Part shown: in pieces, positions 39,759 to 52,705 of the stretch
Layout: every line of letters begins with the position of its first letter
Numbering within the stretch: position 1 is the first letter of the stretch
Source of the DNA: the human T2T-CHM13v2.0 reference genome, Homo sapiens
Reading direction: 5' to 3' (one strand)
DNA length: 64,000 bases
NCBI RefSeq assembly: GCF_009914755.1
Contig: NC_060932.1
Notes under the pieces: model-generated
Database searches by the model: none
What the model saw: only the letters and a program-made list of their open reading frames with translations
What the model was told of the DNA's origin: nothing
Made by a program: the position numbers and the translations under genes

Positions 39759-41211
39759 CTCCACTCACTAGCTGGAAGGCCATCCTACTTCCCTATGCTG
39801 GTCCTGACTCACCTTCCCACCCTGACTTCTATCACATTCAAGCTTCTGCCTCCCAAAGGCTCTTTATTAACACCACACTCTGGCTTACTTGATAGCCTTC
39901 AGACTTCCATTTTGCTTTCCCTAAATTAGCTGTGACAGTCTGACTTGTTTTCTTGTCTCCTCACAAAGTTGAACCCTATACCTGGAACAGTTATTTCCTG
40001 ATAGCTCACACACAATTATCTTTAAAATCCCTCCTCTTCTGGACAGGATCTTAATTATTCGTTAATATCCTGGTACACAAGGCTTGTTGCCAACAGAAAA
40101 GCAAACACAAATCCGATACTCGGGAAGATGGCTCCACCTTTTACATCATCTTTAATTTTTGTTTTCCTTACAGGACATCCATAAGAAGAGATTTTTCTTT
40201 CTCCTTAAAAATGCAGCATGAAGTACCCTGCCATTTCGTGGTTTTAAAAATGCGTAACAGTAATATTTTCACAATGTTTTCCAACTTATAAAGTGCTTTT
40301 CCAACCATTTTCTCATTTGATCTTTACACACCAGACTGTACATAGAGAGCACACCAATGAATGTCCCTATTTTCAGATGAGGAAACAGGCTAAATGGGGT
40401 AGAGATGCTTAGGCAATTCTGCACACCATGCCAGAAGTAGAACGAAATTCAAATCCAGTGCTTTGCAGGGTCACCACCACCCTGCCTTATGAAAATGGAT
40501 TCCTAGGAGGAGCGTTTTGCAAAAATTCCACTGCTTCCTCCAACCTCTGCCACTGAAAGGGACTCTTTGGCTTAGGTAACAAACACCCTTTCGAAACATG
40601 ACCTACTGTTCCTTCCACCGGCTTACCAGGAAGGGTCACGGCCAAAATAAACACCTCTGGGAGGCCGGCACATGGCATAAATTGAAGGGTAAACCTCAGC
40701 AATGGGGAACTTCGGAGGGCCCTCAGGCATCCACTCTACCCGGGGGCCGCCAGCCGCACGCAGCCTCGGATTCGCCCTGCACATCTGCCGCCCAGCAGGT
40801 ACCATGCGCCAGCCACTCCGCCGGGCACACCGCAGACCCTGAGCTAAGGCAGGGTCACTGACACGCGGGAGTCCTCTTTTCCCAGTCGCGGATGCATCAA
40901 ATTCCTTTCATTCACATCACACACACAGGATATCAACTGAAAGCTACACCCCACAGTCCCAGTTTCAGGAGGTGGGATTAACCCTCCAATCATGTCATTC
41001 TCCAAAATCTATTCCTCCAGTACCACCTCCCCATCTCCTGGATCTCAACTCCTAAGCAATGCCTCCTGCCTTCTCCAGACCCCACCACCACCTCCTTCCA
41101 CCTTTCCCCAGACTCTAAATGTCACCCCTCCAGCTCTCATCCCGCCGCTTCTCGCCCCGCAGTGCCCGCCTTCCCCGCCCTCCAGTGCCCGCACTGCCCC
41201 GCGCTCCTTAC

Positions 41212-41235
41212 CTTGCTCTCGCGGAGGGGCCCCAT
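41212..41235 (-). CDS. SYBU: Syntabulin first coding exon, coding part (MGPLRESK), phase-0 donor
   Basis: Minus strand reads ATG GGG CCC CTC CGC GAG AGC AAG|GTAAGG. Joined to the 39508 exon it gives MGPLRESKKEHRVQHHDKEISRSRIPRL, the syntabulin N-terminus. It lies inside the CpG island. Confidence 0.95.
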
Positions 41236-41292
41236 CGCGCCGCTGCCCGCCGGCTCCTCGCGCCGCCGCTGCCGCCGTCCAGGAGGAGGCAC
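41212..41292 (-). other. SYBU: SYBU ATG exon as an 81-nt internal exon (57 nt 5'UTR + 24 nt CDS)
   Basis: Minus-strand acceptor tctcctcgctccgtgctcgCAG|GTGCC at 41293/41292 and donor AAG|GTAAGG at 41212/41211. This implies spliced upstream non-coding exons. Confidence 0.7.
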
Positions 41293-41494
41293 CTGCGAGC
41301 ACGGAGCGAGGAGACTGCGCTGAGCCGGCGCGGGCTGCGGGCGGCGGCTCTTGGTGAGGCTCCAACGCGCCGCCGCCGCCACTGCCGCCGATTGCTCTGG
41401 GCTCCGAGGGCACGCCCGACCCCGCCCCGGCCGGACACGTGGTGCCGCACTCGCTAGAGGCAGCTCCTGGGGCGCCTCCCACGCCCTCCCTCAC

Positions 41495-41600
41495 CTGCGG
41501 CCTTCGGGGCAACTCGACCGCGCCTGGGCGCGCCCCACCCGCCCGATTTCCCCACGGCACTCCGCGCCCCCCCAGCCAGAGCCGGTGTCCCTCCCTCTCC
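41495..41600 (-). other. SYBU: Candidate upstream non-coding SYBU 5'UTR exon (5' end approximate)
   Basis: Strong donor CAG|GTGAGG at 41495/41494 inside the CpG island, ~200 nt upstream of the 41292 acceptor. Confidence 0.5.
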
Positions 41601-42185
41601 AAGGAGCTCGGCCCGGTGTAGGCAGGCTGCGGCTAGCGGCATCTCCAGCCCAGGGGTGACCCCACCCTCTTTTTTTTTTGCACTTGATCTCAGGTTTGAA
41701 GTGGGTGGCGTTGGATGGAGTGACTGAGAAAAGCTGCGACATCACAGAGAGACAAAATAGAGAAAGTTTTCCCCTGGCCACCCCTCCTTGGCCTCCAGGT
41801 CTTAAGTCAGCCTACAGCTCCCCACAACTGCCTCGCCCGAGAGCTGCAGAGATCCCTCTCATACCGGAGCCCAGCCAAGCCAGTGCGTCAGGACCGACAC
41901 AGCCTCTGGGTTCCGGGATCTGAAAGGCTGCGATGGATTCTACTTGGAAGGGGTTGCATCAGAAAGGCCTTCAGTGGTCAGCGCAGCTCCCTCCGGCTTG
42001 GAGAAGCCAGGCTGCTATGTAGCCAGAGAACAGTCTTTTCCCCAGCGCTGCCCTGCAGCTGCCCGGCTCCAGGAAGTAGCTCCAGCACACTGCTAAGGGA
42101 AGAGCACTGGAATTGAACTCAGAAAAACGAGTTCAAGCCAGCACTCCAATCGGTCCCTTCAGCCTGAGTGCCTTTATGCCTAAAG

Positions 42186-42382
42186 TTTTTGTTGTTGTTT
42201 CGTTTTTTGTTTTTTTTTTTTTCCGTTGCTGTTGAAACGGCATCTCGTTCTGTGGCCCAGGCTGTAGTACAGTGGCGCGATCAGGGCTCACTGCAACCTC
42301 TAACTCCTGGGATCAAGGGATCATCCCGTCCAGGCCTCTCAAAGTGCTCGAATTACATGCGGATGCCATTGCATGCGTGGCC
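42186..42382 (-). mobile_element. Old Alu monomer (FAM/FRAM-like)
   Basis: T-rich tail then a single diverged monomer. Confidence 0.7.
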
Positions 42383-43319
42383 TACGCCTACGGTTCTTGA
42401 CCCTTCTGAACTTCAAATTTACCCTTGTTAAATTGAGGGATAATAATAGTGATACCTACCTCTAGGATAGCTGTGAGGGTTAGGTGAGGAAAACAAACAG
42501 CTCTATCCAGCTGATTGAACAGAACTTTCCAAAGGGCAGCTAAGTCAGGTCCAGATGATCCAGTCAATATTTGTTGATGCCTTTTACATGACAGGCAGAA
42601 AAAGCATTTGTGATGCACACAAATTTGTTTAAGAAAGCTCGAAAATCTGTCCAACTGGGGACTTAGAATAGGGTACATCAGCTGGGCCAAGGGCCTTGAT
42701 TTATTACAATTGCTACCCTTAAATCTTATCTGGTGGTGGAATTCACCATGTATAATGACTTATATACCCTTTATTCAGAATTGGAGAATATTCCAAGCAG
42801 TGCGACACTCTGATCCTTATGCACCAGTGTCCTACATAGGAGGACTGTGCTCCTCGAAAACTGAGGGTCATTGTCCCCTTTCATCCATCCTCCAAACAGC
42901 ATTTCTGAGTCCTCAACTCTCAAGCCTAAGAATATATGTTGTGAGTCTAGAGAGAGCCTGAAGCCAGAGGATTAGTGGAATCAATTTCCCTTCTTCCTAT
43001 AACTCCAAAAGAGAGCTTCCTCCATAAATCTTCATGCCTTTTCAATCTACTTAGCTCTCTCAAGCAGTGAGGTTGGTAATTTTAAGATTCTTTATTTGGG
43101 AAGAAGAGGTGATTAATTCATACTTTCTACACCCACAGCTGTTTCAAATATGGACCTCAGGAAAGTGATGGTCCAGGATGATTCATACAACTTATTATTC
43201 CTAAAATTATGAGCCTGGGATCATATACTGTGAGATAAGAACAAACTTTTAAAGTTAATGGATGCTTCTGAGTTCCCTACTTAGAATTGAGAATTGACAC
43301 TGGGGACCTAATAGCAGAA

Positions 43320-44200
43320 ACACCCTCCACTGAGTTAGCCAAGTCAGAACCTCAGTGTCATCGTGGACTTTTTTCTCTCATTCACCTGACCCACACATAG
43401 CATAAACCACCAAGTGATCTCTATGCCACCCAAGTAATAACGGTCTTGAATCTGATTACTTCTGTCCACTATTTGTCTCCATTATCTTCGTGTAGAGTGT
43501 AAACCACAGTCACCCTAGATTATTGCAATAGTGGTCTAACTCAAGGTCTCTTGCTTTCAGCCTTGCCTCTTATTCCTTTCTCTCCGATCAGTGTCTCCAT
43601 TTTTCCACAAGCCTTTATGAAAAGCTAAATCAAGTCATGCTTCTCCGTGAAAACTCATTAATGATTTCCTGATTGTCCTCCAGGTAATACTGAAACTCCT
43701 TAATGTGGCACACAAGGCTTTCCTGATCTGGCCGCCTTGTTTACCTCTCCGATCTCATTTCTTGCCACTCCTCTCTTTTGTAGATACTCCCTCCCCTCCC
43801 TAACCTGTCCCTTTGGTCCCTGCCACTCTTCCCTTACATACAAATGGATACTGCTCAAACTGTAGCACTTTCAGTTCTCGGAGGTGGAGGTTTTGTATTC
43901 TCTTTTTCGTCGAGACTGCTGCACCTGCCTCTGTTTAGAACATTTCTTGCACTACATCCACCTATCCTCCTCAACTCTTAAAGATACATTGTTTCATTTT
44001 AGACAGCTTCTTCCAGGAAACCTCCCCTGATGATTCCAGGACACTTATTTTTACCCCCAAGAGAGCTGTTATGATCTCCTCAGAATTCCCCATTTACTTG
44101 TTTGTTTTCACCAAAGCTTGTAGGCAGTGCCTAGTACAATTCCTGTTATACAGTTGACACTCAATACATAACTGTCAAATGAATTAATGCCTGAATGAGT
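43320..44200 (+). mobile_element. L2 fragment
   Basis: Pyrimidine-rich diverged L2 body ending cagtgcctagtaca...ctcaata...aatgaattaatg. Confidence 0.55.
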
Positions 44201-44404
44201 GAATTCTATAACCCCATAAGGGGCCCATCAGTGCAAGATAAAGAACATAGATACAACTTGTTTTGAAAATGATTCAGATAAAGCTGCCTCCACAATGTAT
44301 TTGTATCTGATGATTGGGTGTGTGCCTAAAAAATCCAACATGTGTTCAGTGACAGCTTTTACTGCAGAAGTGCAGGCACTGAGAGGCTGTGCAGTAGCCT
44401 TGCT

Positions 44405-44418
44405 GTCGCCATAGCAAC
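44405..44418. promoter_or_regulatory. RFX X-box motif GTCGCCATAGCAAC
   Basis: Exact fit to the X-box consensus GTNRCC-N(0-3)-RGYAAC in unique sequence ~3 kb upstream of the SYBU ATG exon. Confidence 0.6.
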
Positions 44419-45568
44419 CTAGCAGAGGGAAAGGCTGATGATTTAGTGTTCAGATGCCTCTTAGCTCTGTACTTTTGGAACCCAAGCCTGTTTTTCCACT
44501 GTTCTAAAAGGCAAGTTTTACCGATGATAATATCTATGCCGCCTTAATTTCATTCAAGTGTTTCTCATGTCATTAGAAGAAATGTCTTGTAACATTTGGA
44601 TTATACCATCAAAGAGATATAATCTAATACAGCATAATATGGTCTTCTTTCCCCTGCTTTAAAATAGTCTTATGCATCATTTTCATTTTTTACTTAAAGA
44701 CTTACTTTATGGTCTTGTTTTATCACCTTTTGGCTTCTTTAAAAATTAATGTATTTCTGGCTTTTAGAAAATATCAATTGCTTTAGGATTTAACCTTGAA
44801 ATATTATAAATAATATATAATAATATATATATACAATAATATATATATATAATATATATATATATCTCCTGGCAAAGCACAGGAGAGATAGGGTATTGTA
44901 GACTGGGAAGGAAGGTAATGTCTTTATATAATTATTCCCTCAAATCTGGGATAAGTTACTTGATTGTTTATGTGAAATTTGTAATTAAATGATTCCTACC
45001 TTTCGTATGCACAAAACTTTATATTTTCAGAACTCTTTCACATATATAATTTTATTTGAGCCTCACAAAAATCCCGTGAGGTACATGTGGCCAATCTCTG
45101 AGACCAGATAACTGAAAAAGCATAGATTTTTATTAATAGGAATCCCCTAGACTGCAAACTTCACAGAGAAGACAATACAAATGCACTGCTGAAAAGAAAA
45201 CGCCTGCACCAAACAACCCAGACACATCACGGTCCCTCACATTCACTCTTCCTCACATCTCACCTGTGTATGCAGGGGGTTTTCTTGGGCTCAATCAGGG
45301 CTGACAAAGCACCATCTCCTAATCCTATCAGCTGTGTGAGCAAGAGCTGCTGTCTCTCTCGGTGACCTAATGTTGGGTGATCTGCACAGCAACAAGGAGC
45401 AGCTGACGTGCTTCACAACACGTCACGAAGGAAAGAAACTGCATTCTGGGGCATCGTGAGATTTTTTTGTGTGTGTGGTGGGGTGGGGTGGAGACCCATA
45501 TTTTTCTTACCAGGGAGAGAGCTGCCTATTTTCCCATAAGAGCATGTGTGATTGATCAACCCTCCTCC

Positions 45569-45877
45569 TTTTTTTTTTTTTTTTTTTTTTTTTTGGAGAC
45601 AGAGTCTCACTCTGTCGCCAGGCTGGAGTGCAGTGTGGTGCGATCTCAGGTCACTGCAACCTCCGCCTCCTGGGTTCAAGCTATTCTCCTGCCTTAGCCT
45701 CCTGAGTAGCTGGGACTACAGGCGCGCACCACCACACCAGCTAATTTTCGTTATTTTAAGTAGAGATGGGGGTTTCACCATGTTGGCCAGGATGGTCTCC
45801 ATCTCCTGACCTCGTGATCTGCCCGCCTCGGCCTCCCAAAGTGCCAGGGTTACAGGCATTAGCCACCGTGCCCAGCC
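45569..45877 (-). mobile_element. AluSc-like element
   Basis: ctgtcgccaggctgg and ggatggtctc..ctgacctcgtgatc diagnostics; long poly-T. Confidence 0.9.
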
Positions 45878-48020
45878 CAACCCTTGTCTTAATGTATGTG
45901 TGTTATCATTACTATAGGTTGAGGTACTTTGATGCTGTAAAACTGAAATGACTAGAATTGCACAAGATCACTCCCCCAGGAGGTGGCATAGAGGTGCTTG
46001 GGGCAGAGAGGGCAGTGGGTAACCTGAGGCAGGCCATGCTTGAACATTCACTGGGCTCAGAATGTGTCAATTATCTCTGCCCGACAAACGAGTGTTCAGT
46101 CAGAGTATTCTCTCAGTGAATAACAGAAATTAAGGGCAAGTCCAGGGGAAGAGGCAGAGGTTGGGGGCTTGGAACGTTGAAGGATGGTAAGGGTCTAATC
46201 CTCTGATGCCTTATGGGAGAGCAGACATGAGATAGCCTCCCCCAAAATGGCTTTTTGTTTGTGGCCTTTGGTTCATCTTTGAAAATAGGGTAGGATATTT
46301 GTCAAAAACATAGGCACGGTGATTGCATTAAACAAAATGGGGACACATTGTTGGACAAGTAGGTGTACACTTATTAGGAAAATGAATCAGAATGATTGAA
46401 ATTAAGACGCTCTGGAAAGTATGCGTGTAAAGGTTGCCATCTAAGTAGGGGAAACTGAGACTTGACATTTACCTAGTGAAATGCTTCATGTGATTAGACA
46501 ATCTGTTGGTCTCACAGGTGTACAGAAAAGGCAAAGGATGTTATCTGTAAGACATGAAAAGGAAAGCCTAAATCCAGTAGATGAATTCTGGGGCTAATAG
46601 AGAAGCACCTTCCTTCCCCAAGAAACCAGAAAGTGTGGGAAAAGCAGCTGAAAGTTGCCTGAACCCAGGAGGGCAGCTATAGAGAGAGGATGCTTCTCAG
46701 ACATGCCAGACACAGAGCAGATACACAGGCTGGAGGCTCTGAGGGGTTCACTCAGCATCCATAGCAGTCTAGGCTTAGAAAAAAAATTGTAATCTGGGTT
46801 CCTGGAAAGCAGAACAATGGTAGATTTGAGTTACATTAAAAACAATATGTTCTCCATAATGCACTTTATTTCCATGATTTTATATTTTTTGCTTCCACTT
46901 TCTAGTAAACATCTTAAAAAATAACTTTGTCTTTATTTCTGCTGAGAAAATGAGAGCAGGTGCAAAAGAGGAAGACTTTGAGTGTCTCTTCTCAAAGAGC
47001 AAGAACACTATTGCCAAATGGAGCTGAGCACCCCCAGAGGCCAACCAACTACTATGATGGCAGCTACAGCAGGGAATGGTTGGGCTGTTGGTGTGGGGGT
47101 CACTGGTGCAGTTGTAGAGCTGAGGATAGTTTTGATTGCTGCTTTATTCCCACTTCCTAGGTTATTCCTGTGAACCACTGTCCTTTATACCTGAAATCTT
47201 GTGACCTTGTGAGTAAAGCTAGCCTTTGCTGTGTACTCCCAGCTCCTCTCTAACGCACTGCAGAAGAATTTGTAGGAAAATAAAACTAGAATTTGGGAAT
47301 CTGGCCTATGTAGTTTCATCTGCCCATGTGTCCTTTTTAGCTACTTCTGCTTATCAAGAGAAAAAATATGCCTTTTTAAAATGATAACTATTTTTTTCTT
47401 AAAAAAGGATACTAAACCATGTTATAAAAATTTTAGAAAAGAAAAAAGATACTCATTATCTCATTGCCTTAACATCAATTATCCCTATTCCTTCTGTTAG
47501 CAGTTTCATGTATTTACTTTCAGGCTTATCTACTGTGCATCAAAACCAGCATGTTAAAATAAGAATGAAATTCTAAGTGGCATATGGCAAGTGAAGTTAC
47601 TACTCCCTTCTGTCTTTTCTCAGATTATCAGGGACTGATCTGAGATACAGGGATCTCGGGCCTCCTTATCACTACTGACAAACAGCTGAGGCTGCTGCTG
47701 GAAGCCTAGAAGTTTCAGGATGGCTTCCTAGATATCTGGTCCTGGTGGAGACCGGACCCATCTGAAGCTTCAGAAAAAGTTGCTGGTGGGGAATTAGCAA
47801 AGCTAAGGCTGGAGAAATGACCTTAACTCAGAGGCTGGTAGAAAAGTACCTGTGCCCCTTTCTAATCAGAAGCCCAGCTACCAGCTTGCCATAATGTGAA
47901 CCTAATTCAGGGAAGCACTGGAAAGTGAAATGAGTTTCCCAAGTCTGGAAAAACATCTGTGATGAGAAAATGTAGTTTAATAAAGGACATGAATTCTTGA
48001 GTCTCATAGGCCTGAAATTG

Positions 48021-48051
<31 letters not shown>

Positions 48052-51000
48052 GCTCTGACAGTGCTACTCCAGTCAAGTTATTTAACCCCTGTAGGACTCA
48101 ACATTCAGTATGTGCACATTAGCTAAAAAGGAAAGAAGAACCAGTTGCACTAGTTAATGTCTTTGGGCAAATTAACTTTTCTGTGCCTCATTTTCACATC
48201 TAGAAAATAAACTTAATAACAGTAATTAGTTCATAATACAGTTATAGGGATTAGATAAGAACAGACGCAAAGCCTAGCATTTATATCTGGCACATGGTTA
48301 GAGCTTAATAGATATCCTCTGTCCCTCAGGATCAAATGGCTCCAACCACCATTGCTGTGTCTTGCTTGCTTGTTTCACATTCACCTCATCCTAAAAAGTT
48401 TCATCTTAATTTTTATTAAAGGGAAGCAATAAGTTTTCTCTCGATGACTTATGGCATATAAAGGAGGACACTGAATTTCTCATTAGAAAAGATATTGCCA
48501 GGACTTTTCCTCCAGAAGGTAGAGTAGAAGGCATGATGAATGCACAGACACCTATCACTCATTCATTCATTCATTCATTCATCCATCCATCACTTCTTAC
48601 TTCATTCCTATTCTGAGCCATGCACTGCCTCAGCCACTAGTTCCGAAGTATTCAAAGATGAACAATGATTGCTGCCTCAAGTGTCCCAAGGTCTAATAGA
48701 GACACGGACATGACCATCAGCTGATAAACTATTCAGTGTGTTTGCATGAGATCTGGACACCCAGAGGGCTTGCCAGTATCTAAATTAGACTGGGGTCTGA
48801 GATGTTCAGGGGTGAGTTTTAAGATGAATTTTGAAGCATTGAATACATCCTATTATAATCTGGTTTCTTCAGAGTTCCTTTCTCTTTATTGTTCCTCTCC
48901 TCTCTTCCTCCTCTTCTTCTTCCTTTTTCTCCTCCTCCTCCTTCTTTTTCTACTCTCTCTCTCTCTCCCTTTTTTTTCCCTACTTTGAGATACTTCTGCC
49001 ACCGTCCAGGCCCCAAGGATTGATGCGGAGGAAAACAGCTTTTGGGCTTCCCCTTGAATCTTTACTGCCTGGATGTAACCTTCTAGAAGAAAGGGATTTT
49101 TCTCAAATCTTGATCACCTAGGACGGCATCAAGACAATACCTGGTGTTTTGTTAATTAGCAATAGTTGACATTTTAAGAACACCATGTTATACTGCCACC
49201 TATGGATTTGTTCATGAAATTTTTTTTTGACAGGTAAAGTCTCTTGGCCTGAAACGTAATAAGGGTTAATAATGCCTTTATTCTAACTCTCAGGGCAATT
49301 TCAGAAAACTTTCAAAATATACGGCTATACGAAACTGGATGTCAATAAATGGAACATTATTTGGTGGTTGTGAAATAATGAGCAGGTGCTTTGATAGACA
49401 ATGGTTCCAAACTCCTTTCTTCTGTTTACCTGCTGAACCACTTTAGGCAAGCTAGGTAACATCTCTGTATCTTGGTATTCTTATTTGTAAAATACATGCG
49501 TGGTTCTACTTCATAGGTCTATTTTGAGGATTAAATTCTATAACACTTGTAATAAGCCCAGCATAGTCCCTTGTACAAACTGGGGATTTAACAATAGATT
49601 TCTTGGTCTCCTTTCTTCTCCCCTTCCTCAATTCACAATGACCCAGAGGAGGATAAACTATGTAATTCCATTTTAGCTGAACAGTCAGGTAAATCTCTCT
49701 AAAACAATAATGATAAATGATGTTCATATGGTCACTACATTATGTATTCCTAGGCATCTATTTTATTTTTTAAAAAAATACTAATCTTTATATTTTTGAG
49801 CAGTTTTAGGTTTACAAAAAAAATTAAAAGGTATAGAGAGTTCCCATATATCCCCTTACTGAGATCTATCCCAATCTACCTGATTAGTTAGGTATAATTA
49901 TACTATGGCTTTTGAAGAAAGTGTAAATAAGTGCCCATCAAATGGATCTATATCTCCCATCTTCCCCTGCCCTTTGCCTGCCTATTACCTTTGGATTTGC
50001 CTCCAAGGTCTTCTCTGTCTCCCATGGTGGATTCAATGCCAAGACTCCTAGAAGTTTCCCAAAAGTCTTAACAGCACTGCCTCTCCTATGACCCGAAGCT
50101 GAGCATGGTGGGAAAACCCCACAACCCTGTGGATGAATGACACTGCATGCTCTTGCTTTTCACCTGCAGTGGGCCTCAGTGCTGCCTGGCAATCATTTTG
50201 GGCTTCTAGTGCATGTTCTCTCCTATTCTCCACAATGTCTATTTTAAATCTCCTCCATACTTCAAATCTACCAGCCTACCACCCCTGCCCTCATGTTGTA
50301 CAGATGGCCATTTCTCCTGATTGACAGACAAAAATAGGAGGTATTAAGAGAACTCTCTCAATCTCCTGCCTCCAAACCTATAAATTCACCTGCCTCCACC
50401 CCATCCTTCCCATTTCTGGTTCTTTAGGATGGAAGTTGTGTTTCTTCCTATACAAGAAAAATTCGTTTACCTGAACTCTGGATCCCATTCTTTCCCATCT
50501 CTTAAGGCATATTATCCTATCAGTTAGTCTCTCATAGGATTATTGAGAGTATCAGAGGAGTTAATAACCATAAAGAACATGGAAGAGCACCCTGCACACA
50601 CTAAGCACTCAATGAACGTTAGCTATTTTTTTTTATAACTTTAATCCATTTTTTTTACTGGACATTTCACATCAGCATTTAAACATGCCAAAAACTTTTC
50701 CAGTGAAATAAATGACCATCCAAAGCTCTCATATATTTCTAGTACAACCTGATTTCTTATCCCCATTCATCACCAAACGTCTGAAAAAGTTACTTGTCTA
50801 GAGTATATGTCTCACACTTCCCTGCTCCTTGAACCAATCCCTACTCCACTCATGTACTCACAGCTCTACCAAATAGCTCTTGCTCAAAGTCACAAATTCT
50901 TCCATTTGGTTTAATCTGATGGCTAGTTTTGATCTTAGTCTTGGCTTCTCATCAGCCTTTGCATAGTGAAATACTCGCACATTTTTGAAAAGCACTTTCA

Positions 51001-52408
51001 TTTTTTCTGGAACATTGCCCTCCTGATCTTCCCCTACTTCTTGGTATCCTTTTAGCTCATTTCTTAAATGTTGCTTTTGCTCACTTTCAAGCCCTCACCC
51101 TTTTATTCTTTCATCCATCCTTCCCTCTTGGGGCAATATCTTTCTTTCCAATTGCTTCAATTGCTATTTACAGGCAGATCTTATAGAAATTATATAACTG
51201 CTTACCTCTATTCCATGATTATCCCATAGTTAATTTGGATATCTCAACTTTATATCTCACAGGGTCCACAAACTCACTACATTCCAAATTGAATTCATCA
51301 TACTTCCTCTAAAAGCTGATTTTACTTCTGTGTTCCCTAAGTTGATAAACAATATCATCATGAAGACCCTGACACCTGGGTGACATTCTTAACTTTTCTG
51401 TCTCCCCTTAACCATTACAACTAATTGGAACCTAAGTCCTATCTGTTCTACTTCCTAATTATCTTTAAAATGTGTTCATTTCTCTACCACCTCTTCCTGC
51501 CTAGATTTCTAACCTGTCCCCCACACTTGTCCCGTTCAGTTCATTTTTGAACAGTGGCCACAATAGTCTCTTTAAAGTGCAGATCTGATCATTCCTTCCC
51601 CATCCTATCTCTCTAGCCTCAAATGAAATCTTTCAATGCTCACTACCAGTCTCAAGATAAACTTCATCCACTAATGCATAGCTTACAAGATCCCTCATGA
51701 TTTAATCCTTGCATTCCGCCTTTGACGTTCACAAATGTTCCCTCTACCTTGAACACACCTCCCAATCTTCAACCTCCATCTCCCAGCACCGTCCAGTTCC
51801 TTTTGCCTTTCGGGTATATTCACTGGATAATTTGATTTGCCAGAGTCATGGCATTTGCTCCTGTCTTGAGTGTGAAATAGGATAAAATGATTTTCGGCTT
51901 CGAAAATACTTTTTAGGGAACTATAATGGAAAGATAAAGTTACATTAAAGCTATGATGAACATAGAAGCTGTGTTTGCTTTTGGGCTTGTAACATGAGTT
52001 GAATAGCAATTCAAAAGAATTTTTAAGTGACCAAGTGAAATAATGACTTCCAAATTGGTATAACTTGAAAGGCTTCTGCCAAAGAAAATACATACATTTC
52101 ATCCTATGTATTATAAAATATTAATCTTAGCTTCATTATTTTAGTGGACTCATTTCTCTTGAGTGAGAATTCAAAGAATACTCTTTGAAAAAGTATCCCC
52201 ATGATTCCTTGTTATAGTTTTTCCTCCTGCTTTCTTCTACCACTTATTGGATTTTTAGTATTAAAATAGAAAACAATTCTAAGTGAGAATTTATTTTACA
52301 AGACACTGTCATTTATATTTTTCACATATTCATATAGTTGCGTTGCTGTATTTTTCTTGTTATAACAAACTCAGGATAATGTGTAGTTTCAAATTTACAT
52401 ATGATCTA

Positions 52409-52705
52409 GACCAGGCGTGGTGGCTCACGCCTGTAATCCCAGCACTTTGGGAGGCCGAGGTGGGCAGATCATTTGAGGTCAGGAGTTTGAGACCAGCCTG
52501 GCCAACATGGGGAAACCCCATCTCTACTAAAAATATAAAAAATTAGCCAGGCGTGGTGACATGTGCCTGTAATCTCAGCTACTCCGGAGGCTGAGGCAGG
52601 AGAATCGCTTGAACCCAGGAAGCGGAGGTTGCAGTGAGATGAAATCATGCCACTGCACTCCAGACTGGACAACAGAGCGAGACTCCGTCTCAAAAAAAAA
52701 AAAAA
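52409..52705 (+). mobile_element. AluS element
   Basis: Full dimer plus A tail. Confidence 0.92.

Larger units (their letters stand above)
40650..41940. promoter_or_regulatory. SYBU: CpG island / main SYBU promoter region, probably bidirectional
   Basis: The only strongly GC- and CpG-rich stretch in the window. It has GC boxes (CCCCGCCC at ~41173 and ~41420) and GCC runs, and it spans the ATG exon. Confidence 0.9.

Noticed and set aside
40992-41781. Cluster of overlapping Ala/Gly/Pro/Arg-rich ORFs
   Set aside because: Stop-codon scarcity in a GC-rich CpG island explains them. Only the 24-nt MGPLRESK segment is supported as coding.
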